64,000 nucleotides of DNA from Tubulanus polymorphus. Its lineage: Eukaryota > Animalia > Nemertea. Location of the stretch: positions 10,271,859 to 10,335,858 of the forward strand of contig NC_134036.1 in assembly GCF_964204645.1 (NCBI RefSeq), read 5' to 3'. A model generated the notes under the pieces. It was not told where the DNA came from and did not search any database. It worked only from the letters and a program-made list of their open reading frames with translations. A program made the position numbers and the translations under genes. Shown one piece after another: positions 36,446 through 49,323 of this stretch; the first letter of the stretch is position 1, and every line of letters begins with the position of its first letter.

Positions 36446-37055
36446 TTATTTTACTTAATTTTTGTTCTGATTCATCTTCTGTTTCGCGGTTTGGTTGTAG
36501 TACATCTGTTTCGTTCTTACCTGATTTACTTTTATCTTTGTTTTCCATAGGTTTGATATTCGAAAATGTTATAACTCCAGTAGAAATCAATGTCATAACC
36601 GATCCTAATTGGAATGAAGCGTATCCAACCCATTTTTGTAATTCAGTCATAATTAAGAAGTCATTTTTTAAATCACTATATAATTTATTTTCATCATTAA
36701 TTGGCATTAGCCGGTTACATAATTTTGAATAACATTTGATAATACCATTAGAAATAGAATCATTTATTCTAGCTAATCTTGACTCTTCATAAATCTTAAA
36801 ATATTTGATTACTTTTTCTTTGTTTATATTATCTAATTCTTGAAAAGTTATTGTTTTGCCAATAAACTCTTTAGATTTGCCACTCGCAATCAATAGTTCG
36901 AGTTGATGCTTAGAATATAAATAGTACTCGTAATCAATATTACTATCAATTTTATTATCACATTTAGTTGCCACATTATCATTATCATCTGTTAGGCCTA
37001 AATCTTCCAAAGTTTTTTCAACTTTAACATTATTCTTATTCGATTTCTTAGACAT
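36438..37055 (-). CDS. Uncharacterised Polinton protein, 205 aa
   Basis: Intact ORF with ATAAATG start and a hydrophobic segment near the C-terminus; overlaps the start of the next gene. Confidence 0.75.
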   Translation of the reverse strand: MSKKSNKNNVKVEKTLEDLGLTDDNDNVATKCDNKIDSNIDYEYYLYSKHQLELLIASGKSKEFIGKTITFQELDNINKEKVIKYFKIYEESRLARINDSISNGIIKCYSKLCNRLMPINDENKLYSDLKNDFLIMTELQKWVGYASFQLGSVMTLISTGVITFSNIKPMENKDKSKSGKNETDVLQPNRETEDESEQKLSKINE

Positions 37056-37402
37056 TTATATTAGAGAAATTTAATAAGAATAGTATTATAAGTATTCTTC
37101 AAATGATACTAGCTAGTTAAAGCTAAAGAATTCTAGTATTAGTTATTGTTTTTTTAGTATTTTTTATTTGTGATATAAAGTATTCTTTTTTGAAAAAAAA
37201 ATATTAAAAATTAAAATAGAAATAATAGATAGTTGAAGGTATGTAATTTTTATTATATTTTATTTAAAATCTATTTGATATCACCATGTGGGTGCTGTAC
37301 AGCACCATCTCACTACTTTTGTTTATCACTGTGTGGGTGCCGTTTATGGCACCATCTATTAGGAGCAGTAGTTATAACTGTCCAGATAAGTCATTTCGGA
37401 TC

Positions 37403-37978
37403 CTAGATATCAAATTCCTCAACGTATCGTTCATTATTTGGATTATTGTTCCATTGATCAATAAATTTCTTTGCCTTTGTTAACTGTTCTAAATATAACT
37501 GTAAATCTAGTTTATTAGATTTGATTTGATTTTCTTTCCAACCCCAAATAAGTTTTTTATTGTATTCATCATTCATGTTAAATTTAGATATTGGTAACAC
37601 ATGATCAATATGGTAATAATCCCCATAATTATCTATATTCATTTTATCATCGAATTGAAATATAATCCATGATTTGAGAAATTCATCTGAACAACCCAAT
37701 AAATTAGATAGTGTTTCTGAATGTGTTTCTTTGTTGAATAATTGTGTTAATCTAGATCTTAAGCATTGTTTCAATCTAAAATTAAGATCTGTTTGATATC
37801 TTTCTCTCATATATTTTGTCATATAATAATTATAATGTTCTATATTATCTTCTCGGTATTGTTTGGTATATAGTTTAAAACAAGTTTTACAGCAATATTG
37901 AAAACCATCTTTGCTAATCTTACGCTTACTAAATTCTGTACGGGTACATTTACTGTGCTTGATGTACATTTTCCCCAT
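37403..37978 (-). CDS. HNH endonuclease-like protein of large-DNA-virus type, probably degenerate
   Basis: CKTC...LRSRL...LLGCS...YHIDHVLPISKF...ENQIKSNK. The segment before EN looks shortened and the N-terminus is uncertain. Confidence 0.65.
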   Translation of the reverse strand: MGKMYIKHSKCTRTEFSKRKISKDGFQYCCKTCFKLYTKQYREDNIEHYNYYMTKYMRERYQTDLNFRLKQCLRSRLTQLFNKETHSETLSNLLGCSDEFLKSWIIFQFDDKMNIDNYGDYYHIDHVLPISKFNMNDEYNKKLIWGWKENQIKSNKLDLQLYLEQLTKAKKFIDQWNNNPNNERYVEEFDI

Positions 37979-38869
37979 ATCCCACCAAACCAGATGCCTT
38001 TAGACATCGGTTAGAGGCAATCATGTGTAGAAAGGGTAGAATATTTTGAAGTTAACACCCCAGAAATATACCGGATATAATAACCAGCAAAAGGTTTTGC
38101 GAAACAAGAACTGATTAACTGTGTAAAACGTTTTGTTGCGTCGATAACGCTTTTCGACCCGATTGCGATTCGTGTTTTTGTCTTGCACAACTTTAGCTTA
38201 GAAACCAATCAGCAAGCATCACATAACTGCATCACAAGACATGACACAAAAATTGATGCGAATGAATGAGTTTGCTATTGCACCATGTGGATTCCAGAGC
38301 CCAACAACTGTTCCTCGTGTTTTGTTATACCATGTGCGTCGAAGGTGTTGATTGTTAACGCTTACTCCAACGTTTTGTAAATTAATGTATTTCCTATTTT
38401 GACGGAACGTTTTAGGGTGCGCACCGCGTTTAGGTCATTGCGGAACATATAGACTTATCTTAAATGTACTGATCTAAATTCTATTGCAGATGTACTGCAA
38501 CAGGTGGTTCTACACATGCCTCGAAGTATTGATCTGTGCCACATCAAATAATGTAATCCTTCCATACGTATATGATGATAGATGTAGCTGCAAAACAGAT
38601 ATAATGGGTTGATAACACGATTTATTAACAATAAAATATCGAGATTATCCATTTCTTTTGAAAATAAAATATTGTTATAGGATTGATTTGCCTTGCATTT
38701 TCCAAGAGACGTTTTGAGCGGAAGTTATTGCTTTAGCATTGCATTGCGAAAATGAAGATTTGTAATCGAAAGGCATATTTTTTCTCATTTGGAGAAATAT
38801 TGTACTTTGAACTTATATTTCATCCTTGAAGTTATTTAGAGATCAAACCATGAATAGTTCTAAAAACCT

Positions 38870-39080
38870 ACTTTCTAACACAGTAATCTCTCATTTTTAA
38901 TGGTCAAATCCGGTACTCTTGACATGGACTATCCCACGACACACGGTTCTAGAAGTTTATGGCTCACAGATATGGAGAATGCAACCTCCCCGTCAGGGAT
39001 TCGAACTTTATAGCATCGAAAATGCTGTGGTACGGAACCTTGACACACTATACCGAGTGCGAAGCTAGCTACACGCGCAG
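38870..39080 (-). mobile_element. tRNA-derived SINE-like repeat
   Basis: B-box GTTCGAATCCC on the minus strand (~38996-39006) with an upstream A-box-like segment; a related stretch lies at ~56480-56520. Confidence 0.45.
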
Positions 39081-42000
39081 CTTAGGCCACCTTCGGTTAT
39101 CTGAGTTAGTCGACTATAGTTGAGCTAAACGAAACCGAATGTCCGTTAGTATGAACTATATTGCGGAAATAGTTCGAAAATCAAGCGCATTCGGTTAATA
39201 GTTCCGACCACTAGTCGACTAAATACGAAAACCGAATATTAGCTAATCAGAGATCCCGTTTTATTTAAGCCCGGGTTTTCCAATTCAGTTCTTCCGTGAA
39301 AAGACCGATTACACAACGAGCAATCTTATTGGTGCCTCTTATTTACCACGTACTTACCATTTAAAATGCAACAATCTCGTTTTTCCGAGCATAAATAATA
39401 CGTATTCGACGAATAAAAAAAAACATATTGCGTGAAAAATTATACATGTACCAATGTATTGTACAACTTGATATTGATTGAATTTGACGTCGATGTGTCT
39501 AATCAATTCCCACCCGGCTCTTCAAAATTGATCCACGCGAATCGATATCTACACTGATATAGCTATAAGTATGTTTCGATAACAGGATATAATTATTTTA
39601 ATGAACTGTCACCTCGTGTGCGTTGCATGCATAGAACACATCGTTCTGACTAACGTACTGGACTTATAGACGTGGAATTGAAATTAAGTCACTACTGAAT
39701 CCGATCGTTTAGAATAACTTTGGAAGAACGGTGATACAGTGTTTTTACCATTCCCTAGTGGCTTTACCATTTCCATTCATCGCGACATTTTTCTCCTAGC
39801 ACGACTGAGGCGTAGAGCTCATTTCAATCAAAAGATTCTTATAACGGGGGCTGTGAATTCATTTCAATTAACCCATTATCATCTTAACAACAATTATTAA
39901 TGAATTATCATATATATTACTAGTTAACCCCGTTTCATCGACTTCAAAGTATTCCAATATTAGAATTAATCATCATTTATATTCTCAATATAATGTTTTG
40001 TCATGATGAGACTAATTACGAAACTCGGGCCCGGGGACCCGGCCGTCCTGCTAGACCAGACGATATACTCAAAGTCATGATGAAGCAGACATCAGAAGAG
40101 CTCGTTCTTCAACCATGGAGGCAATGAAGTTGCATTGACTATTTTCAATAAAAAATCAAACCACTACTCAGTACAGTCGAAGACCTGTATCATCTACCCA
40201 ATCGCCAAATCCCATAATTCCCCAAATTTCTTAAAATTTCGATTTTAAATTTGCAATTCCACATTAGATTATCCCAGAAATTCTACATTTTTTTCGCAGG
40301 CGTCAAATAATTTATTTAAATTAATTTTCTTGTTTCAATTGCCATGTTTACAATATTTGGATAAGTCGTGCTCAACGTACATGCAGAATTGGATTCATTG
40401 TTATAATGGGATGATAATTCATGGGCGTCAAGAGTCCAGCGACATACCCTTGATATGAAGCTTTTTAAAGTTTATCAGACTTGATTTGGAGTAAACTGAA
40501 TTAGCCCTTAAAATACCAATTCCACATGGCTTAATGTTGTCTATGCTCTGCGATACAGTAGTTTAACTAATTTTCATGTATTCAAGAGTGAATTTGAATT
40601 GATCTCAAAACCAAAGAAAGCATTCTTCAAAAATTTAGAAAATCCTAGACTCATAATAAAAATCTGTGAAGTCATTTAAGGTCTTTCGCTCGAATCAAGC
40701 CGAGGGCTCAGGTGGCTAAAATTCAATTTCTCACTGTCCTATGATGCCGAGTACGACGTAGTTTACACACTGAAACACGTTGGGCTGTGTTAGTGTAATT
40801 TGGATAAGTCAGCAATACAATGACTGCCCTGCCCCGCTGCATCTGAGACATAAACAAGTTAGACTGTATTGCTTCGATGCGTTGATAAACAGACTCCAAA
40901 GCAAGATGACCTGCCAAACTAAATCTTTGCTTATTACAATACTTCAATTTCATAATGTGGATAGGAAAAAGGTAATCGATAAGTGTGTTTGCATCGCGTC
41001 ATCAATAAAAATTATTTTCCTCGGCACAAACTGCCTCGTCACGAGACTTTATCAAGTTGATGCCACTGCTACCAGGGGACCATATCTTCAGTATCCTCAG
41101 AGCAGACTTTGGCTAGACTTGTTACATCAGTATTTTTACGTGGTAGCCCTTATGGATCCACATAGCCAGCATAATGTTGACACCGGAGGCGCGTCTTGGA
41201 AATATTCATATGTTATGGACGGATTAGAAATATTCTTAGTGCAGCAATATGTTGTTAATTGTTTTTTTTTCTCGACAACAATATGCAGTACATTTGTGTA
41301 CTCAACTAAATTTACAGTCTTACTCTAAGAACCGGTCGTTTGTTTATATACCCCACAATGATAATGAAAAAATGTGTAACAGTGAGTTGATACTTATGTT
41401 TTGCCGTCCATTTATATCGGTTCACACGTTCAATCGACTCATATCTGTATACGGCAATGCAGCCAGTGCATTCGGCTTCAGAAATGTTCAGTTCAATCGC
41501 TCAATGTTTAGTAAATGTATTCTCGAGTTCATCTCGTGATTGAAGTGTTTGAGTGCAGCAGGTGCACTAATCTATAAAATCTCTGATGTGTTTATGCTAC
41601 GAGCAATTATCTCAGGTTGAGATTATTGCTCGTAGGTTTGTGTTATTCAGCTCAAACGTACATGTGTAGCTGCAGCGATCAGCGCATTTTCTGGTATGCG
41701 GATGCAATACACGTTTATAGATTAATTTGTCCTAGTCGCTCTTTTCGCGTCGTATAGTTACCGCAACCCACCCATGTATCCATATGAAAAAAATGTTTTA
41801 CAAATCGACAGTGCTTTTATAACGTTGAATCGTGAAAAGTAAGCAAGACTGATCTTTAGCATAATGCTGTGGAATGAAAAAAAATATAATAGTCGATATT
41901 GAAATGAGGTTTTCTGGTAAATGTCAGAAAACATTTAAGCTGATTATCAATAGAAATAGACGTCAAATCAAGTCAAATATTATGTTGGTCACGTACCACT

Positions 42001-43390
42001 TTTCACTAGTATTTAACAGCAAATATAGAAATGGGTCTAATTAGTTCGCGAGACAGAGAATTATAGTTAAGCGCTTTAAATGTTGGTTCTCCACAATTTT
42101 TCGTTTCATTTGTTGTCAGCCATTCCGACCGGACACTGCAGTTTGAGATCTTATATCACTTCACATCACAAAATGATCTTCACCATCGAAGAAAAAATCG
42201 AGGTGTATGTGTGCAAACATTAAATGCGCCCTTGATATTTCTCTATTAAAAATCCATTTCGTTTTTATCGTAATTCTTTAATCATTTCTGTCCCATACTA
42301 TCACTGATTTTCCCCACACGAGATATTGCCGTTGATCAACCAATTTCAAACCATTACTGGCATTGGTAAATGTAAAAAACATATTTATATATGATAAGGG
42401 TAGGTTAGAATTTAGGGCACCGCAGCTAAAAATTATTGATCAATAAGGAGAGAAACATTGGAATTGTTTGAACATAAATGAAATAAAACCATTTTCAACG
42501 AAAACCATGCAATTAATTAAGGTACCGGTACTAAAAGTCCAAAGGTTGTCACTTTGTAAATGTAAATGGTTAAGTTTGTCAGTTATATTAGTTTGATAAT
42601 AATTCTAGTGGAATTACGAATGCATACATGTTTAAATTGAAATTCAATTTAAATTTCATTCAGAATGATGTTTTATCGATGATGTGATCTTGTCAATCGG
42701 GAAGCAGCGTTGATAAACAGTCATAGCAACCCTGAGGCATTGATCTTTAATTTTTTAGTTTGTCAGACAGCCAGACATCTATCATGTAAGTGCAATACGG
42801 GTAATTTATCTATATCACAAGGAAATGATAAGAGGCATTGATTGTTGGAAATGGTAAATTGATGATGTTTGCGAATCGCACCAGTACGTTTTAGAATCAC
42901 TTTTTCAGTATTCTATCCTGATATTAACGCAGAGATCTTACTATTTTATCAAACATTTGCACCATTCATAGCTCACGTCTGACCAGGTGTACGCGTAAAT
43001 ACTCTCACCACAGTTTGATAAGTTCTCTTAACGATCAGGATAAATATCGATTATTACTATGTTCTTACTATGTTTAATGACAAATCGCTAGCAATCATTA
43101 CCACATTTTATAGTAAGCGTTTACAAAAAGACACGCGGGGTTATGGAGTGCGTTTGTTAACTAGTGTTAGGGTAAAAACGGATTCATAATGATGTGTCAC
43201 TTTTTATTACAATCTACACGTGCCAGCTGGAAACCTATGTACGTAGGCTTAATCAACCGTAACGTTTATCCAAAACATAGAGATTAATCCAGTTATCGGA
43301 AGTGATAAAAATTAGATACAAATGGGAGTGGCTCAATACTAATTTCATTTAGGATAACCTGATATAATACGTGTAATTGAATACATTTGC

Positions 43391-43397
43391 TATAAAA
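43391..43397 (+). promoter_or_regulatory. Candidate TATA box of the astacin gene
   Basis: TATAAAA followed by a possible donor CAG/GTGAAC at 43441 and an acceptor at 43740, just before the ATG. Confidence 0.4.
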
Positions 43398-43741
43398 TAG
43401 TGTGATGAAAGCATAGATTAAAGTGCGAAATTGAAGACAGGTGAACTAAGGGGTTTACAATAGTATAAACAAGTCGAATGAGTACAAAACGAGTGACATT
43501 TTTACACACAATCCTATTAGGTCTACAATATACACTTATTATTGTACTCATTAAAATGAGTTCACTATTTCTATTGTGAATTTATATCTACCTCCACCGT
43601 CGTAAGTTTTCAGCTGCAAATAATAAATCCCTTTGAAAGCTATTTACTCCATTGTTTTGCCACTATGTGATTGCTATTATGTCGCTGGTTTTGCCTATTT
43701 GAACGCAATTTATTCGATTATATTCCAAACGAATGCACAGC

Positions 43742-46700
43742 ATGGACCAATCTTTGATAGCTGTATGTTTGTCGATGGCAGTTTTCGTTGTGGGTTTGGG
43801 TAAGTTATTCATTCTGCATATATATTGCTAGGACGCATTTTCTTTCGTGATTTTCTTCATGTAGTCGATAATGACGGTTTTGAAAGTTTTGATGTTGTAT
43901 TTTTTGTATTTCGTGGTGACCAATAGAGGGTGCAGAGGTAGCGATAAGCAGACCTGATTATGAAAGTTTGGTGAACATGGTAAATATTTAGCAAATTATT
44001 ACGTCGTTTGCTAGTCTGATATGGCTGGTTGCTGATCTGATTATCACAGTAGTATTTATAGGCAATTTAAAGTGTTTTTTTTTTCAATGATGCATCAATT
44101 AGTATAGGCTTAGCATTCGTGTCAATCTTAAATCTACATTGCTTTCCTGATCTCGACCAGCTGTTTAGCCAAAAATGAGAAATTCTATATCAAAATGATC
44201 GTATTTCAAGCAACGTTTCGGCTAAATACCCCCCCCCTAATTGTTATTAACGTTTTATTTTCTTTTTTCCTTGCTGGATGCAAGTCTGATCATTGTTATT
44301 TCAGACATATGAACTTCCCGATAATACTTGGCCCGGTGGAAATATACGATACGCTTTTGACAGTTCCTACAGTAAGTTGTTTGAAATAACCGAATGAACC
44401 TGAAGGAAAATTCTCAAAGCAATTGCAGGCTGCAGGTCTTTCAGATTCTCAAAATCTGATGAATATTAAACAATCAACTTAACGATGAATATAATTAAAC
44501 AACGTGTTATATCACTGTATAAGACGCAATAGTTATCAGTGAAGTTTGTTGGTTATTGTTATATTTTCACTTATTACCAACATCGGATGATGAAAATCAT
44601 TTCAACTTCGTTTTTTACACTTGCAATGCAGTTATTTTTGTATAAATCACAAAACCTGCCTATATAATCAGATATAAATGATGGAATTTAACGTCTTACT
44701 GGGGATGGCATCCGTCATACAACTGGACGGATGGCATACGTATTTCATTTCTATTGTTGGCTTTTTAAACATATTTTGAACAGATGACTCGCATAAGGCT
44801 GATATACGTAAAGCGTTCGCACAGATTTCCAAACAAGCCGGATGTTTGAATTTTATAGAGATAACTAACACCACTGGAGTGAATGGTTACCGTTTGTTAA
44901 CTGCAACTTCAGGGTACGTGTAACCCTGGACGATGCATTCAGGTAGCCGCGCTCACATAACGAATTGGCATTTGAAATTGTCTTTTTAATAAGACTATAG
45001 ATACTTAAGACGTCCTGCCTGAGTAATGCAAATTTGGACGTGGGGGGGGGGGGGGGTGGACAAAGTAGTGCGTAAGATAAAATCCCACTATTTACAGATT
45101 AAAAGAATTAATCTTTTAATCTGTAAATAGTGGGATTTTATCTTATTATCCGTTCACCAAGTTTGAGTGTAGTCATCGTTCTATAAAGAAGTGCGTGCTC
45201 CTGTCAACTTTCAAAGTAAATTTATATTTTAAAACACTATCAAAATGCATCTATTTTTTCCAAAATGCCCAGAGGCTCCAATATACTCCGGTGAATCCAT
45301 TGTTGTTCACTAAATGTGATGGACATCTATCAAACTATCCCTTTTGGATGCAACGGTTACGACTATTCAAGTCTTGAATTATAATTATCATAACATCCCA
45401 GAATCGGTGTTCCTTAGTAACACCACTTTGTTTTTTTCTTATAGTAGGTGTTATAGCACCATCGGCTATTCGGGCCTGAACAGTGGTGGTCGTATTGGCC
45501 TGAAAAATCGGTGTCGCACATTCGGCAGTCATTTGCTCTATCACGAAATCCTGCATACACTCGGGTATCGTCATGAATGGGAAAAATTTGGTGCGGAGAA
45601 ATACCTGCAACTGAAGGAACCGGCAGGTAAAAAAAGCTTATCATAAAAACTAGATGGCCACATTAAATTCATGGATCCAGAAAAATATATTCTGAAAAGA
45701 AATCTAACGAAAATCAATTGCTATGGAAGAAACTTTCACTACTAAGAATTGTTATTTCGTAATTCGTTGTATTCAGATATTGGAGGTATCTTAAGAGTTA
45801 CCAGTGTTTTAATATACGGTGCAATAATTATCTAAAATGGTTACCTATTACATTTACAGTATTTGATATACAAACCATATTTCTGCTATGTCTTGCTGGA
45901 AAATATCAAGGGATGTTTTAGAATTATTTTTCAAATTACTCTATAGATAAATGGAGTAAATACTGGGTTGGTACCCCTCTCGATGTCTCTTCCGTCATGG
46001 TTTATCCATTGAAGTTCAAACTCTTAACCGAGGTAAGAGATAAAATATTAGAAGCTTTAAAGAAGGAATACCCAGACAGTGCGGAGAAACAAACCCTGGC
46101 TTATTGGAAAGATCATAAAAAAGTCGGAATCAGTTTTTGGGATGCAGAAAGGATTAGAAGGTCTTACAGTTGTAAGGCCAAAGCTTCAAAAGGTAAGATC
46201 TTCCTCCGCGGTCGTCTTATCTTTCTTCACACGCATACAAAAAACTGTGACAATCAATGACTGGGCTGAAGCCAACTGAAAAAAAACAGCTTCATATTCT
46301 TAAGGGTTGTCAAATCTTGATCAGTCATGTCATTTTAAGGTTCCCTTAACTTCGTTATGCTTTAAGTGAGACGATTATCTAGTCGCAGAATTCTTGGTTA
46401 ACCGTTGGCTAAAAGCTATTTAGAACTTTAGCACTACGATATTTTACAGCAATAATGGCTCTCGTTCATACAATTAACAATGAACTAAATCGGCTCTCTT
46501 TCTGGTTTAGATTAAACAAACTCTCCCTAAATATAGATAAAACAAGCTATATAATCTTTGGTAATGCTCGTATACCCCAGGATTTGAATATAGTTTTAGA
46601 TGATGTCGTTATTGTACGAAGTGATACCTCGAAATTCTTAGGTGTGTTAATTGACAGCAAGTTACATAGGTTTCCTCATATAAACTATATTTCTAGTAAA

Positions 46701-47329
46701 GTTTCACGAGCGATTGATTTTATGTACAAAGCCCGTAGAGTTCTACCGATATGTTTTCTACCTATCCTATATTACTCTCTTGCACTCCCTTATTTCCTGT
46801 ATTGCAACATTGTATGGGCACGGACCTACCCTATTCGACTCCATCGATTAATCATTCCTCAAAAAAGAGCAATCCGCGTTGTATTCAATGCCCCATTTCT
46901 TGCACATTAGGCCCCTCTGTTTAAACTTGGTAGATTTATTAATTTTACTAATATCAATAAGTTTCTTACAGCGGTCTTTACGTATAAACTAGTCCATCAT
47001 CTAGTGCCTTCATGTATTTATTGTCTTTTTAAATCGAGAGACAGGTAAGAATTCTACGCAATGCACAGGGTCTCAATATACCGTATTTTCACACAACCGA
47101 TAGTTCATTCTCCATATTCACCGGAAAGCTGAAGATTTCAATAGAGCATGATTTTAAGAATCCGGAATGATCTTGACGTTCAACTGACGTCAGTGTACCT
47201 AGCAGGTGATTTGGATGCCGATATTGATTGATTTAGGATTGATACTATATTTTGTTTTCTGTTGCAGCTGAAATGGCCCAACGTACGATCTGTCTGAATA
47301 CGAACTGCTCACTTTCGATCGGTTACTAG
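43742..47329 (+). CDS. Secreted astacin-family (M12A) zinc metalloprotease, ~264 aa; exons 43742-43799, 43927-43979, 44305-44371, 44784-44913, 45448-45626, 45947-46192, 47268-47329
   Basis: Signal peptide MDQSLIAVCLSMAVFVVGLEG; WPGGNIRYAF; GCLNF; GCYSTIG; zinc motif HEILHTLGYRHE; Met-turn SVMVY; ISFWDAERIRRSYSC. All junctions are GT-AG and phase-consistent. AATAAA at 47356. Confidence 0.9.
45073..45145. repeat. Perfect 34-bp-arm hairpin in astacin intron 4
   Basis: TAAGATAAAATCCCACTATTTACAGATTAAAAGA, a 5-nt spacer, then the exact reverse complement. Confidence 0.92.
46455..47110 (+). mobile_element. 5'-truncated CR1/L2-group LINE fragment (RT C-terminus) in astacin intron 6
   Basis: WFRLNKLSLNIDKT, KFLGVLIDSKL, YCNIVW, QKRAIR. 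Confidence 0.85.
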
Positions 47330-49323
47330 ATAACAAATGATACGATGATTAATTGAATAAACTTATCCAATCAATAACGTATAATACGTGTATGTTATTG
47401 CAAATAAATATTCACTAATTCATTTCTGACCTAAGTGTAGATTACGATTGAGTTATTCTTTATTTACTGAACCAATTTATATCCAGATTTTTGCTTTTAG
47501 TGCACTACTACCACTACCACTTCCACTACCACTACCACAACTACGTTGGTGCACTACTACGGAAACCTCCATTCAGCTCATCAGCGTAAACTGTGTGAAC
47601 CGCTGTTCAATTTGATGGCATTTGGTTCAAGATTATTTTCCCTTTATACACCAGGTTTATGGAACACGCATAGTTTTACCGATTGTGATTCACTTTCTCT
47701 AGCAGTATAAGACTCATCTAAAGACACTTCTAAGACACTAAAGTACGGAGGCTTTCTCTAACACACTTCACAGAGGTTCATACGCGGAGAAAATAGGCCC
47801 CTAAAATATTTCCTCAATAGAAAGTATTTTTTCATTTTCACCTTTTACCTTCAATCATCAGGGTCGAGCCTACACAACTAATGTTTGCTTCCGATGTGTT
47901 GTGTGTTAGGTGCTTGTTCTTTTATCACAGGAGCGTCGACATGTATCACATTACACGTTTGACATGTATTATCAGAATATAGACGAGTTAGGCTGGTGTT
48001 TAATAACAGAACTTTATTTACTCTATGTACAACATAATTTACTGCCCACAGCGTGCGTGCGTGCAGCTTGACAAGAGAGGTAACACTGAATCACAAAACG
48101 TACAGGAAACGCCCACTGAAAAAGGCGCGAAAACGTGTAGCGTGTCGGAATACCGACACATATGTTATAAAACCATCATGTTACAGGATAAAATCCACTC
48201 ATTGAATGGCATAAACGCGGCCCAATAATCGAGCTTATCGAGCTCTTTTGCCGGATGATTTAAAGGAACGCTAGTAAAAGATGATAATGCGTGTTTGAAA
48301 TTAAATTTCTCTCAGCTAGCGAAATTTCGCTGATAGCATTTTATTTTAGTGCAAAGCCATTGCAATATACAGCCCCTGCCACTACGAATCGATGGTGGCG
48401 AGGTAATCGGGTTTATCACATATCGTTATGAACAAAGCCGATAAAAAAGTGCTAGCGCTATAGATGGAAATTGAAAATGAATGAATTAACAAGATCGACA
48501 GGATCGACGAAACTGTTCCTCGATATTCAGGGATGATTCAGCCTGCTTTGTCTTGACCCCTGTCATCGTCTCCCTCTGGACCCGCACCTGCTCTCATTAT
48601 ACTTAGCCGTCAAAATTCTTGCGGTAGTTTTCCTGGTGGGCAGACGAAATTTAGACCCGCATGAAACATTCAGGGGTGGATACAGGATTTTTAAATGTGG
48701 GTAGTCTTCAACAGAGGTGGCTGACAGTAAACGTTATGAGGAGACTGTGACCAGCGAGTCACGCAGCAGTTGATGATTTAAATAAGATGAATTGGGGAAA
48801 CTTAGCACACATCATTTATCAAACATTCGTCATTATAATTTACATGTCATAGGACTGTAATTGGATATGGCAGAGATGGGGAAAAATTCAGATAATTTTA
48901 ATTTGGAAAATGACCGTTAACCGGACCCATATGCCACCCAGCGGAACGCCCGTAACCGAACGAAAAATAACCATCTTCTTAATTATTCTTCATTAACGGA
49001 CAACAGAAGGTATTCGAAGTCAATGTGAAAAGATTTGCTGATCTTGCGCTAAGCCATGCTTGCTCGTGCAAAACCGGCGCGCTTTTACGGTGGCGAATAC
49101 GATTCCTTACTTGAGTCAAGTATGACTTAGAGTGCCAATGACGTCTGCCGATTACCCCCTCCCTGCCTTATAATCACTATGGTTTCGGGCTTTGTTTAAA
49201 TAACTTAAAACTCGCGTTTTATTACCCCCAGTTTGTCGTTTGTCATCTTTGTTTTCTTTTCTTCCTTTGTTTTTCTGGTGTTTGTTGTTGAATTACTTAA
49301 CCTTGAACCTTTGTCTGATTCCT

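Larger units (their letters stand above)
26098..37978. mobile_element. Polinton/Maverick (adintovirus-like) endogenous virus, right end truncated
   Basis: Intronless, very AT-rich block of tightly packed genes: pPolB, penton-like, major capsid, A32-type ATPase and RVE integrase. Begins AGTAATAG. No matching right TIR and no protease gene were found. Confidence 0.93.

Noticed and set aside
40723-41539. ORFs of 76-182 aa upstream of the astacin gene
   Set aside because: No recognisable domain or convincing splice pattern; probably chance ORFs or decayed repeats.
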